DNA of 64,000 bases from Gammaproteobacteria bacterium (GTDB taxonomy: Bacteria > Pseudomonadota > Gammaproteobacteria > Ga0077536): NCBI GenBank assembly GCA_963662545.2, contig CAXXLL010000002.1:2016001-2080000 (forward strand), given 5' to 3'. Below are positions 49,453-59,597 of the stretch, piece by piece (the stretch's first letter is position 1; the number at the start of each line of letters is the position of its first letter). Under the pieces are notes generated by a model. That model was given only the letters and a program-made list of their open reading frames with translations. It had not been told where the DNA came from and did not search any database. Made by a program: the position numbers and the translations under genes.

Positions 49453-50508
49453 TCAGAATACGAACGACACCCCGCCAATCAGCCTGAAATCGACATCGGT
49501 CTGCACACCCTTGGGCGCATCTACGATCGGATAGCCGATCGAGAGGAAAGCGCCGACCTGCCTGTACGAAACCCTCAATCCAGGTGACAAGTAGACCACC
49601 GTACCGCCCGAATGAGCTTCCGAGGCGCCGCCGATCTCGTTCTTCCAGCGCGTTTCGCCGTTGATCTCGAGCATCGCATCCCAGCGCAGATGGGGATGGG
49701 CGCCGATGTGCTCACCGTGGTGCGGGTGCCCGTTCTCCGATAGCGCATAAACCACGGCGGCGTTATAGAACAGCGCGTCGCCGAATTCCGTGTCCTGCGA
49801 ACCTTCGTTCGTGAGATGGAACAACAGGTTGGCATGCAGACCCCAGCGCCCCAGTGCGCGGCTGAGCGCGCCACCGATCAGGAAATCCCAGGAACCGGTA
49901 CCCGGCTGAAACTCGGTTTCAAGCCGCTCGCCGCGATCGGATTCGTGTGTTTCGCCGGAAGGTGCTTTGAATCCCATCTGCACGGACGCATCGAACCCGT
50001 TCGCGTGCAGCGCCCGGTAACTGCCGAGGAAAACGAGATCGCCAAGGCCTGAAGCGTCACCGTGACCGTGCGCCTCGCCCACGCCGCCTTCGAGTTCACT
50101 TTCGCGGATATTGTCTCGTGCCACGCGGGGCACACGCACGCTCAGCGTAATCTTATCGGTAGCGCCATAGGCGAGGGCGGCTGACGTGCTGTTGATCTGG
50201 TCGATGGTGTGGACGCCTTCCAGCCCCTGTGCGGCCAGGCCCGCGAGCCGAGCGCCAGAAAATGCATCGCGATCGATGATCTCGTTGCGCAGGCCAAGCG
50301 CCCATTTGCCCGCCGGCATCGCCGCCGCCGCGAGGGTATTGATGGGGCCGCTCGCCTCCGAGCCGAAGACAACGGTCGGGTGATCGGCGTTAACGGGGGA
50401 CGACAGCAGCAGAAATGCGTAAAAGAACGCGCAGCGATGTTGATCAATTATGGATGCCGTGCATCGGTTCCCGAGCATCGCGCGCATGCTACCGGCATCT
50501 CGATCCAC
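49453..50508 (-). CDS. Putative outer-membrane beta-barrel transporter with His-rich loops (start uncertain)
   Basis: Signal-like ...LLLSSPVNA-DH, SGLGD, QPGTGSWD, alternating beta-strand pattern, terminal Phe. Confidence 0.72.
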   Translation of the reverse strand: MDRDAGSMRAMLGNRCTASIIDQHRCAFFYAFLLLSSPVNADHPTVVFGSEASGPINTLAAAAMPAGKWALGLRNEIIDRDAFSGARLAGLAAQGLEGVHTIDQINSTSAALAYGATDKITLSVRVPRVARDNIRESELEGGVGEAHGHGDASGLGDLVFLGSYRALHANGFDASVQMGFKAPSGETHESDRGERLETEFQPGTGSWDFLIGGALSRALGRWGLHANLLFHLTNEGSQDTEFGDALFYNAAVVYALSENGHPHHGEHIGAHPHLRWDAMLEINGETRWKNEIGGASEAHSGGTVVYLSPGLRVSYRQVGAFLSIGYPIVDAPKGVQTDVDFRLIGGVSFVF

Positions 50509-50558
50509 AGACCAGCGTCACCGAATTGAATCGATCGGCGCGGCTCCTTCGTCCCGGT

Positions 50559-51731
50559 TCAGTAGCTCCGCGGCATCCCCAGGTTATGTTGAGCGACGAA
50601 GTTCAGGATCATTTCCTCCGACACCGGCGCAAATCGAAACAAGCGCTGATCGCGCCACAGGCGCTCGAGATGGAACTCACTGGCATAGCCCATACCGCCC
50701 AATGTCTGCATCGCCTGAATGGTGGCCTTGTCGCAGGCCTGCGAAGCGATCAGTTTCGCCAGATTCGATTCCGCGCCGTAAGCCTCCCCGGCGTCGCATA
50801 AGGACGCGGCTTTATAATTCATCATCCGCGCGCACTGGATCTCGGCATAGGCCTGCGCCAGTGGAAACTGAATGGCCTGATAGCTGCTGATGCTGCGCTC
50901 GCCGAAGACCTTGCGGTCATTGGCGTAGTTGACCGCCAGTTCGATCGCCAGATCGGCCGTGCCGACCAGGCCTGCCGTGGTCACGATGCGTTCGGTGTTC
51001 AGCACATCCAGCAGCGGTTTCCAACCGCGGTCGACTTCAGCGATCAACTCGTGTGGTTCGATGTAGACCTCGTCGAAGAAAATCGCGCTGGAATCGAGGG
51101 TATTAGTACCGAGCTTCTCGATCTTGGTGTAGCTCAAGCCCTCGCGCTCGACATCGATCAGAAAGAGCGTGATGCCGTCCGTCTTGCGCGCGACGGCATC
51201 ACGCTTTTTGGTGCGCGCGACGACGAGGATCTTATGCGCCGAGGCGGTGCCCGTGATCCAGTGCTTTTTGCCATTCAGCCGCCAGCCGTCGCCATCGGCC
51301 CGCGCGAAGGTCTTGATCTCGATCGAGTTCGTGCCCGCATCCGGCTCGGTTAAGCCCATACAACACATGAGGTCGCCACTGATGAGCGGCGGCAGGAGTT
51401 CCGCACGCATGGCCTCTGAACCGTACTGGTTGATCGCAACGCCACCGAAGATGGGATTCAACATGAACAACTGCCCAATGGTACTGCCACCGCCGGACTT
51501 GGCCAGCTGTTCGATGGCCAGCGCCATATCGAGCATGCCGAGGCCGCTGCCGCCAAATTCCGCCGGCAGGGTGACCCCACCGATCCCTACCTCACACACT
51601 TCCTTCCAGAAATCTCCTGGGAACTCTTTCGCCTTGTCGCGCTCGCGCCAGTAATCGAGCCCGAATTTTTCGCCGACCTTGCGCGCGGTGTCGCAGATCA
51701 TGCGCTGCTCTTCAGTAAGTGAGAAATCCAT
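50559..51731 (-). CDS. Acyl-CoA dehydrogenase
   Basis: GLTEPDAG, NGKKHWIT, LNTERI, LGGMGYA.E..LER.WR. Confidence 0.94.
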   Translation of the reverse strand: MDFSLTEEQRMICDTARKVGEKFGLDYWRERDKAKEFPGDFWKEVCEVGIGGVTLPAEFGGSGLGMLDMALAIEQLAKSGGGSTIGQLFMLNPIFGGVAINQYGSEAMRAELLPPLISGDLMCCMGLTEPDAGTNSIEIKTFARADGDGWRLNGKKHWITGTASAHKILVVARTKKRDAVARKTDGITLFLIDVEREGLSYTKIEKLGTNTLDSSAIFFDEVYIEPHELIAEVDRGWKPLLDVLNTERIVTTAGLVGTADLAIELAVNYANDRKVFGERSISSYQAIQFPLAQAYAEIQCARMMNYKAASLCDAGEAYGAESNLAKLIASQACDKATIQAMQTLGGMGYASEFHLERLWRDQRLFRFAPVSEEMILNFVAQHNLGMPRSY

Positions 51732-51748
51732 GCCGTTTCCTCCCGCAG

Positions 51749-52534
51749 TTACCGGCCCTGAAAATCCGGGGCGCGCTTTTCGAGAAAAGCACGGCAGCCT
51801 TCGTGGGCGTCCTTCGAGTCGAGCAGCAGCCCGACCATCGCCTGTTCGTATTGCAGGGCCGCGGCCATGGGCATGTCGCCACCGTGGATCATCGAACGCT
51901 TCAGTAGTTTGAGACTCAACGGCGACTTGCTGCTGATCTTAGCGGCCAGCTCGGTCACGCGGGCACGCAGTTCCGAACGTGGAAACACGTGGTTGACGAG
52001 CCCGTAGCTCAGGGCCTCGGCGGCGGTGATCTGCTCGCCCGTGAACATCATTTCCCGCGCGCGGCACGGCGGCAACTGGCGGAGCAGGCGCTGCGTGCCG
52101 CCGGCACCGGGAAACAGGCCCAGCGTGATCTCGGGAACCCCCAGGCGCGCCTCCTCGGCGACAACGCGGATATCGGTCGCGAGGATGATTTCGGTGCCGC
52201 CGCCAAGCGCCCAGCCGTTGACCGCAGCAATCGTCGGCTTGTCGCAGAGCTCGATGCGCCGGAACAGGCGGTGAATGATCTCGGCGAATTCCTGATAGTG
52301 TGCCAGCCCGTCGCGCGATTGCAGATCGGCGACGTCGCCGCCGGCGACAAAGGCCCGGTCCCCCGCGCCGGTCAAAATGATGACGCGTACGCCGTCGTCA
52401 TCCTCGGCGTGTGTAAACGCCTCGTCGAGTTCGCCCAATGTTTTGACGTCGAGGGCGTTTAGCGTGTCCGGTCGATTGATCGTGATCCACGCGTGATACC
52501 CCTCTAGCTCGTAGGTAATATTGTCATAACTCAT
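51749..52534 (-). CDS. Enoyl-CoA hydratase (crotonase)
   Basis: AFVAGGD, ALGGGTE, PEITLG.FPGAGGTQRL (both catalytic Glu present). Confidence 0.94.
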   Translation of the reverse strand: MSYDNITYELEGYHAWITINRPDTLNALDVKTLGELDEAFTHAEDDDGVRVIILTGAGDRAFVAGGDVADLQSRDGLAHYQEFAEIIHRLFRRIELCDKPTIAAVNGWALGGGTEIILATDIRVVAEEARLGVPEITLGLFPGAGGTQRLLRQLPPCRAREMMFTGEQITAAEALSYGLVNHVFPRSELRARVTELAAKISSKSPLSLKLLKRSMIHGGDMPMAAALQYEQAMVGLLLDSKDAHEGCRAFLEKRAPDFQGR

Positions 52535-52709
52535 GGCTGACTCCTGAAGCTCGCGATAGTGTGGCCGGCCGCCACGTTGCAATTACGCCGTCCAGTTTAA
52601 CGTCAAGCAAACCACCATACAGTCCCCGGGTGGTGAAGCGGGGATAGATGCGCCATGGTCGGAGGCTAATTGTGGATTTATTTCGCGCACGTCCAGCTTA
52701 TCAAAATGA

Positions 52710-52771
52710 ACCACATAGGACACCGAACCACCTTATTGAAGTTTTTCGTATCCTCTCTGTGTCTCTGTGGT
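52710..52771. repeat. Degenerate ACCACAGAG(A/G)CACAGAG-type inverted repeat
   Basis: ACCACATAGGACACCGA ... CTCTGTGTCTCTGTGGT in an AT-rich divergent intergenic region. Confidence 0.5.
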
Positions 52772-52840
52772 AAAAATAGCCGTTCCTAGACGGTATTATT
52801 TTTCGCCCAGCCACTAAATCCTTAGACTGAGACCATTCTC

Positions 52841-54025
52841 ATGGCCGACCGAAACGCACTCGATGGCATACGGGTCATCGACTTCTCCCGTTTTATCGCA
52901 GGTCCTTACTGCGCCACCTTGCTGGCCTACCTGGGCGCGGACGTCATTCGCGTCGAAAAACCGGACGGCGGCGAAGATCGTTTCGTCAGTCCCGTCAGTG
53001 AAACGGCCAGCGCAGTGTTTCTGCAAACCGGCTGCAACAAACGCAGCCTGTGCCTCGACCTCAAGCACGCGCGTGCCCTCGAAGTCGTGCGACGGCTCGT
53101 GGAAAGTGCTGATGTCGTCATCGCCAACATGCCGCCCGCGGTGTTGCGGCGCATGGGGATCGATTACGAAAGTCTTTGCGCGATCAAGCCCGATATCGTC
53201 CTCACCACGCAGACGGCCTACGGGCACGAGGGTCCTTGGCGGGACCGTTTGGGATTCGACGGTATCGGGCAGGCGATGTCGGGATCGGCCTTTCTGTCGG
53301 GGCAGCCGGGCCGTCCATCCCGCAGCGCCACGCCATTCGTGGACTTCGGCACTGCGGCACTCGGTGCGATGGGTACGATCGCGGCGCTCTATCACCGGCA
53401 ACAGACGGGAATGGGGCAACACGTACAGGCGTCGCTGCTCGGCACCGCGCTCGCCGCATTCAGCCCCGCCCTGATCGAACAGGCGGTCCTTGGTGTCAAC
53501 CGGGTGCCGAGCGGCAACCGCGGGCAGACCAGCGCACCGACCGATATCTTCAAGACTACCGACGGCTTCGTCGCGACCTTTGTCGTCGGCGCGGGCTTTT
53601 TCAATCGGATCGCCCGTGCGATCGGCGAAGCAGGCTGGTGTGATGATCCGGAACTCGCGACCGATGAACAACGCGGTAATCGGCGCGACGAAATCTGTGA
53701 GCGCGTGGCCGCATGGTGTGCCGAGCGAACTACCGAGGACATCGTCGAGACGCTTGCTCGCGCCGGCGTCCCGTGCGGGCCGGTGCTCGATCTCGATGCC
53801 GCGATGGCCCACCCCCAGGCACGGGCCATGAATTACCTGGGCGCCGTCAGCTACCCGGAATTGTCCGGAAAAATCCCGAGCCCGCGCTTTCCGCTGAGCA
53901 TGTCGGCGCTAGAACCTACCCAGAGTCCACCGCCGCAAATAGGGCAGCACACCGTCGAGGTGCTCGGCGAACTCGGTTATTCGCCGGAAGAAATTCGAGC
54001 GCTGGCGGGTGCAGGCGCCGTTTGA
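52841..54025 (+). CDS. CaiB/BaiF family III CoA transferase
   Basis: RVIDFSRFIAGP, NKRSL.LDLK, GFD...QAMSG, FVDFGT. Confidence 0.92.
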   Translation: MADRNALDGIRVIDFSRFIAGPYCATLLAYLGADVIRVEKPDGGEDRFVSPVSETASAVFLQTGCNKRSLCLDLKHARALEVVRRLVESADVVIANMPPAVLRRMGIDYESLCAIKPDIVLTTQTAYGHEGPWRDRLGFDGIGQAMSGSAFLSGQPGRPSRSATPFVDFGTAALGAMGTIAALYHRQQTGMGQHVQASLLGTALAAFSPALIEQAVLGVNRVPSGNRGQTSAPTDIFKTTDGFVATFVVGAGFFNRIARAIGEAGWCDDPELATDEQRGNRRDEICERVAAWCAERTTEDIVETLARAGVPCGPVLDLDAAMAHPQARAMNYLGAVSYPELSGKIPSPRFPLSMSALEPTQSPPPQIGQHTVEVLGELGYSPEEIRALAGAGAV

Positions 54026-54131
54026 CAGCCGCATCCCCTAACCGCCTGTTGATTGGTCATTACCGCACGCCGCCATTAAACTCCCCCCATTGATTTGCAT
54101 CCATAGCGAACGACCGGAGAGCCTTGCCTAA

Positions 54132-55568
54132 ATGAGTTACGGGATCCTTTCATACGGCGCTTACGTCCCGCCGCTACGCCTGTCCCGGCAGGCCATTTTC
54201 GATGCCGTCGGGTGGGCCGTGCCGTCGCTGCGGGGCCTGGCCGCGGGTGAACGCTCGGTCGCCAATTGGGATGAAGACGCGATCACGCTCGCCGTCGAGG
54301 CCGGGCGAGACTGCTTGAATGGCGTCGAGGCCGAAATCGGCGAGCTCGCCCTGGCGTCGACTACGCTGCCTTTTGCCGACCGCAGCAACAGCGGCATCGC
54401 CGCCGACGCCTTGCTGCTCGAAAACCCCATCGTCACGCAAGATCTTTCGGGCAGCCGCCGCGCCGCGACGAGCGCGCTCGCACGCCTGGCGTGTTCTCCC
54501 GCCGCGGGCGCGAACACGCTGCTCCTGGCCAGCGATTGCCGCGAGACGCAGCCCGGCAGCGCGCAGGAAATGAAATATGGCCACGGCGCCGCCGCGCTGT
54601 TGATTGGAGAAGGGGCACCGCTGGCAGAGTTCCTCGCGGCGGCATCCAGTCACGAGGATTTGGTGGATCAATATCGCGCGGCCGATGCGGATTACGATTA
54701 CTCGCTCGAAGAACGCTGGGTCCGCGAAGAAGGGTATTTGAAGATCGTCCCGCAGGTCATAGAAGAGGCGGCGGCGGCCGCCGGCATCACCGCGGGAGAT
54801 ATCGAACACATCGTGCTGCATGGTCCGAGCAATGCGGCCCGCGCGTTGGCGAAGCACCTCAAGATCGACCTTAAGCGCTTCGTCGACCCCCTCACCGGCA
54901 CTTGCGGGGATTGTGGCGCAGCGCATCCAATGCTGATGCTCACCCTCGCGCTCTCGAACGCGGCGCCCGGCGATCGCATTCTCGTCGTTGGCTTCGGGCA
55001 GGGCGCGGACGCGGTCTTGCTCAAGACAACACCTGCGCTCACCGCGCTTCAATCGGGACGGGGACCGGAACGCTACCTCGCGCACTCGCGCCCGACGGAT
55101 AACTACACTTATTTTCTGTCGCTGCGCAACCGGATTTCGATCGATTTCGGCTTGCGCTCCGAGCGTGACAATCGCACCGCCATGTCAGCCTACTACCGCC
55201 GGCGGCGCGATATCACCTCGATGCTGGGCGGCCGCTGCCGTGAATGCAATACCCTGCAGTTTCCAAGGAGCCTCTTGTGCGTCAAGTGCAGTGCACAGGA
55301 TTCACAATCGCCCGAAAGCCTGTCGCCGATGCTCGGACGCGTGAAGTCGTTCACGGAGGACTGGCTGGCCTACACGCCGTCGCCGCCTTACATCTACGGA
55401 CACGTGGAATTTCAGGACGGCGCGAACGTCATGCTCGAGTTCACCGACTTCCAAGCCGGCCAGGTTACCGTCGGCGACACGGTGCGCATGGTCTTTCGCG
55501 TCAAGGATTTCGATTTGAAGCGGAATTTCCGCCGATACTTTTGGAAACCGGCGCCGTTGCTCGATTAA
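54132..55568 (+). CDS. HMG-CoA synthase/KAS III-like domain fused to DUF35 (Zn-ribbon/OB-fold)
   Basis: YGAYVP..RL, ER.VA.WDED..T.AVEA, G.GAAA, GFGQGADA; C-terminal CRECNT..FP...CVKC. Confidence 0.85.
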   Translation: MSYGILSYGAYVPPLRLSRQAIFDAVGWAVPSLRGLAAGERSVANWDEDAITLAVEAGRDCLNGVEAEIGELALASTTLPFADRSNSGIAADALLLENPIVTQDLSGSRRAATSALARLACSPAAGANTLLLASDCRETQPGSAQEMKYGHGAAALLIGEGAPLAEFLAAASSHEDLVDQYRAADADYDYSLEERWVREEGYLKIVPQVIEEAAAAAGITAGDIEHIVLHGPSNAARALAKHLKIDLKRFVDPLTGTCGDCGAAHPMLMLTLALSNAAPGDRILVVGFGQGADAVLLKTTPALTALQSGRGPERYLAHSRPTDNYTYFLSLRNRISIDFGLRSERDNRTAMSAYYRRRRDITSMLGGRCRECNTLQFPRSLLCVKCSAQDSQSPESLSPMLGRVKSFTEDWLAYTPSPPYIYGHVEFQDGANVMLEFTDFQAGQVTVGDTVRMVFRVKDFDLKRNFRRYFWKPAPLLD

Positions 55569-55588
55569 GGAACCAGGAGGATTCAATC

Positions 55589-56791
55589 ATGGCTAGGGGA
55601 ATCAAAGACAAGGTCGCCATCATCGGCATGGGATGCACGAAATTCGGCGAGCGTTGGGACTGCGGTCCGGAGGAATTGATCGTGGAGGCGTTCAACGAAG
55701 CGCTCGCGGACGCCGGCATCGATCGTGACGATATCGAGATGGGATGGCTGGGATTGTTCTTCCAGGAGCAGAGTGCCGGAAAATCGGCGCTGCCCTTGAG
55801 TCTCGCCCTGCGGCTGCCCAACATTCCGGTCACGCGTGTCGAAAATATGTGCGCGACTGGAACCGAGGCCTTGCGCGGCGCCGTTTACGCAGTCGCGGCC
55901 GGCGCCTGCGACATCGCGCTCGCGGTCGGCGTAGAAAAGCTGAAAGACACCGGTTACTCAGGCTTACCCGAGCGCAGTAAAGGTACTTTCGACGACCTGT
56001 GGCTGCCCAATGCCACGGCGCCGGGCGCTTTCGCGCAACTGGCCAGCGCGTATGCGTCGAAACATCAGTGTGACATGAGTGATCTTAAACGCGCGATGGC
56101 CCATATCTCGGTTAAAAGCCACGCCAATGGCGTGCTCAATCCGAAAGCGCACCTGCAGAAGGAGATCACCGAGGATCAGGCCTTGAACGCACCCATGGTG
56201 GCCTATCCGCTCGGCCTGTTCGATTGCTGTGGCGTCAGCGACGGCTCGGCCTGCGCTATCGTCACGACCGTCGAAAAGGCACGGGAGATGGGCATTAAGG
56301 ACATGGTGACGGTGAAAGCGATGCAGCTTGCCCCCAGCATGGGCCTCGAAATGTCGAATTCCGACTGGGACGGCAGCTACCTGCTGACGACGCGTGTGGC
56401 GGCCAAACGCGCCTATAAGGAAGCCGGGATCAGCAATCCGCGCGCCGAACTCGACATGACCGAGGTCCACGATTGCTTTTCAATCACCGAACTCGTGGTC
56501 ATGGAAGATCTGAACCTCGCCGATGAAGGCGGCGCGATCAAGGCGGTGCTCGATGGCAATTTCGATCGCGACGGAAACGTGCCCTGCCAGATCGACGGCG
56601 GCCTCAAGTGTTTCGGACACCCGATCGGCGCCAGCGGTCTACGCATGGCCTACGAGATTTATTTACAGCTACTGGGTCGCGCCGGCGAGCGCCAGCTAAG
56701 CAGCCCGTCGCTCGGGTTGACCCATAATCTCGGCGGGCAGCCGTACCGTAATGTTGCCAGCGTTTCGGTATTCGGTCTTCACAGCGCGTGA
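55589..56791 (+). CDS. SCP2-type thiolase/acetyl-CoA acetyltransferase
   Basis: VENMCATG, DGSA, EVHDCF, GGL...GHP.GASG, HNLGG. Confidence 0.93.
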   Translation: MARGIKDKVAIIGMGCTKFGERWDCGPEELIVEAFNEALADAGIDRDDIEMGWLGLFFQEQSAGKSALPLSLALRLPNIPVTRVENMCATGTEALRGAVYAVAAGACDIALAVGVEKLKDTGYSGLPERSKGTFDDLWLPNATAPGAFAQLASAYASKHQCDMSDLKRAMAHISVKSHANGVLNPKAHLQKEITEDQALNAPMVAYPLGLFDCCGVSDGSACAIVTTVEKAREMGIKDMVTVKAMQLAPSMGLEMSNSDWDGSYLLTTRVAAKRAYKEAGISNPRAELDMTEVHDCFSITELVVMEDLNLADEGGAIKAVLDGNFDRDGNVPCQIDGGLKCFGHPIGASGLRMAYEIYLQLLGRAGERQLSSPSLGLTHNLGGQPYRNVASVSVFGLHSA

Positions 56792-56878
56792 GTCGACCGA
56801 TCATTTGGCGCCCGCTTGCGCGCGAAATGTAAGCCATTGCATATCTTTAAACAGCATACTGGATCCGGGACCCTATAA

Positions 56879-58024
56879 ATGAACGCCTATCGCTCTCCCT
56901 GGATGACCTCAGACCATGAGATCTACCGCGACACCGTGCGAAAATTCATCACCGCGGAATTCGTGCCAGAGCGCGAGCGCTGGATCGAGCAGGGGTATCC
57001 GGAACCCGAGTATTGGACGCGAGCGGGGGAGGTTGGCCTGTTGTGTCCGGACGTCCCGGCAGAGTACGGCGGCGGCGGCGGAGATTTCGGCTTCGACGCG
57101 ATCACCTACGAGGAACTGCAACGCGCGTGCATCTCGAGCTTTGGCAACGGCATCCAGAGCATCGTCGGACATTACCTCGTGCGGTATGGAACCGAAGAAC
57201 AGAAGCATCAATGGCTGCCGCGTATGGCGACCGGCGAGATCATCACGGCCGTCGCCATGACCGAGCCCGGTACTGGATCAGATTTGCAGGCAGTCACCAC
57301 TCGCGCCATCAGAGACGGCGATGAATACCTGCTGACCGGCACCAAAACGTTCATCACCAACGGGTACAACGCCAATCTCATCTGCGTCGTGTGCAAAACC
57401 GATCCGAAAGCGCGCGCCAAAGGGATCTCCATGCTGATGGTCGAGACCGAGGAGCTCGAAGGTTTTCGCCGCAACAAGCCGTTGAAAAAAATCGGCATGA
57501 AGGGTCAGGACACCTGCGAATTGTTCTTCGACGATTGCCGCGTTCCGATCGGAAACATCCTCGGCGGCGAAGAGGGCCAGGGGTTTTATCAATTGATGAA
57601 CCAGCTCCCGCGTGAACGGCTGATCATCGCCGCGGGCGCGGTCGCGGCGATGGAAATAGTGATCGACATCACCGTCGATTACGTCAAGCAGCGCAAGGCC
57701 TTCGGCCAGACCCTGATGGATTTTCAGAACACCAAGTTCAAACTGGCGGAGCTCAAAACCGAAGCGCGGATCGCGCGCGTCTTCCTCGACGACTGCATCG
57801 AGAAGCTGAACAACGACCTGCTCGACAACGAGACCGCATCGATGGCGAAGTGGTGGTGTACTGAGAAGCAGTTCGAAACCGCGCATCAATGCCTGCAACT
57901 GCACGGTGGCTACGGCTACATGATGGAATATCCCATCGCTCACTATTTTGCCGACAGCCGTGTCAGCATGATCTATGGCGGTTCGAACGAAATCATGAAA
58001 GAATTAATTTCACGTTCTTTGTAA
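56879..58024 (+). CDS. Acyl-CoA dehydrogenase (LCAD-like)
   Basis: AMTEPGTGSDLQ, KTFITNG, LPRERL, LHGGYGYM.EY, IYGGSNEIMK. Confidence 0.95.
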   Translation: MNAYRSPWMTSDHEIYRDTVRKFITAEFVPERERWIEQGYPEPEYWTRAGEVGLLCPDVPAEYGGGGGDFGFDAITYEELQRACISSFGNGIQSIVGHYLVRYGTEEQKHQWLPRMATGEIITAVAMTEPGTGSDLQAVTTRAIRDGDEYLLTGTKTFITNGYNANLICVVCKTDPKARAKGISMLMVETEELEGFRRNKPLKKIGMKGQDTCELFFDDCRVPIGNILGGEEGQGFYQLMNQLPRERLIIAAGAVAAMEIVIDITVDYVKQRKAFGQTLMDFQNTKFKLAELKTEARIARVFLDDCIEKLNNDLLDNETASMAKWWCTEKQFETAHQCLQLHGGYGYMMEYPIAHYFADSRVSMIYGGSNEIMKELISRSL

Positions 58025-58045
58025 AAACGCTGCGATTATTCAAAG

Positions 58046-59578
58046 ATGACGGCGAACGCGAACCTCTTCGCGCGGTTCGAAGCCGGATTTGTCCGCGACG
58101 CCTGTTTCCTGGAATCGGCACACACTCCGACACATACCTACCGCGACCTCGATGCATGGACAGCGCGCGCCGCGAATACCTTGGTGGAACTCGGGCTACG
58201 CCCGGGCGACCGGGTAAGCGTGATCGCCGAAAAATCGATCGGCGCGCTCTGGCTTTTCTTGGGTTGTCTGCGGGCGGGGTGCATTTATCAACCGCTAAAC
58301 CCGTCCTATACCGAGAACGAATTGTCATTTTTTCTGACCGACGCCGGTTCGCGCCTGGTGATCTGCGATCCGGCGTTGGCGTCGCGCGTCGGCGCGGCAT
58401 CCATCGATTGTTCAGAACTCGAACACGTCCTGACCCTGGACCCGCAAGGGCAGGGGTCACTGGCGGAGCTTTGGCGCGATGCGGACCCGAATTTCGAGAC
58501 CGCCACGTCGTCCACGGAGGACATTGCCGCGCTGCTTTATTCTTCGGGAACGACGGGCCGTCCCAAAGGCATTCCGCTGACGCACGGCAATCTCTATACG
58601 AATGCTGTCGATCTGATGAAGACCTGGGCGTTTTCCAAAGCGGACGTGTTGCTGCACGTCTTACCGATCTACCACGTCCACGGCCTGTTCGTCGTGCTCG
58701 GACCGGCGCTACTGGCCGGCATGCGGGTGCGCTTCCTATCCCGCTTCGATCCGGAGGCGGTCATCGAGGCGCTGCCCGGCGCTACCATCATGGCCGGCGT
58801 GCCGACCTACTATACCCGGCTGTTGCGCAGCACTGCCTTCGGACGGGAAACCTGCGCCAGTGTGCGTGTTTTTATATCGGGTTCTGCGCCCTTGAGCGAG
58901 GCAACGTTCAGGCGCTTTTACGAGCGCACAGGCCATACGATCCTCGAACGCTACGGGATGACGGAAACTGGTATCAATAACTCCAATCCGCTGAGCGGCG
59001 CGCGCAAACCAGGCTCGGTCGGCCCGCCGCTGCCGGACGTTTCACTGCGCATTGCCGACGATGCCGGCGCGCCCCTCGGCGTGACCGAGATCGGCAACAT
59101 CGAAGTACAGGGCGGCAATGTATTCAGTGGATACTGGCGCCTGCCGGAGACACATGCAGAAGCTTTCACGAACGACGGTTTCTTTCGCACGGGCGACCAG
59201 GGCTACCTCGATGACGACGGCTATTTGTTTATCGTCGGCCGCAGCAAGGACATGATCATCAGCGGCGGGCTCAACGTGTACCCCAAGGAAGTGGAGCGTG
59301 AGATCGAGTCGTTTGCTGCGGTCGACGAAGTCGCGGTCTTCGGCGTTCCCCATGACGATTACGGGGAAGCGGTTGTTGCCGTAGTCGTCGAAAAGGACGG
59401 TGCGCAGTTCGACGAAGCCGATGCGATCGACGCGCTGAAAGTAAAGCTGGCCGGATATAAGGTGCCCAAACGCATGCTCGTCATCGACGAAATGCCGTTT
59501 AACAGTATGGGTAAGGTGCAGAAATCCCGATTGCGGGATCGCTTCAACGATCTGTTCGGATGCCGCACGAGCGCTTGA
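58046..59578 (+). CDS. matB: Malonyl-CoA synthetase-like AMP-binding enzyme
   Basis: YSSGTTGRPKG, LPIYHVHGLF, GVPTYYTRL, ILERYGMTETG.N.SNP, SGGLNVYPKE, MGKVQK. Confidence 0.85.
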   Translation: MTANANLFARFEAGFVRDACFLESAHTPTHTYRDLDAWTARAANTLVELGLRPGDRVSVIAEKSIGALWLFLGCLRAGCIYQPLNPSYTENELSFFLTDAGSRLVICDPALASRVGAASIDCSELEHVLTLDPQGQGSLAELWRDADPNFETATSSTEDIAALLYSSGTTGRPKGIPLTHGNLYTNAVDLMKTWAFSKADVLLHVLPIYHVHGLFVVLGPALLAGMRVRFLSRFDPEAVIEALPGATIMAGVPTYYTRLLRSTAFGRETCASVRVFISGSAPLSEATFRRFYERTGHTILERYGMTETGINNSNPLSGARKPGSVGPPLPDVSLRIADDAGAPLGVTEIGNIEVQGGNVFSGYWRLPETHAEAFTNDGFFRTGDQGYLDDDGYLFIVGRSKDMIISGGLNVYPKEVEREIESFAAVDEVAVFGVPHDDYGEAVVAVVVEKDGAQFDEADAIDALKVKLAGYKVPKRMLVIDEMPFNSMGKVQKSRLRDRFNDLFGCRTSA

Positions 59579-59597
59579 GCGGCAGCTGATCAACACG

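Noticed and set aside
52624-52660. CCCGGGTGGTGAAGCGGGGATAGA resembling a tRNA-Leu 5' half
   Set aside because: No anticodon arm, T-loop (GTTCGA) or acceptor stem follows.
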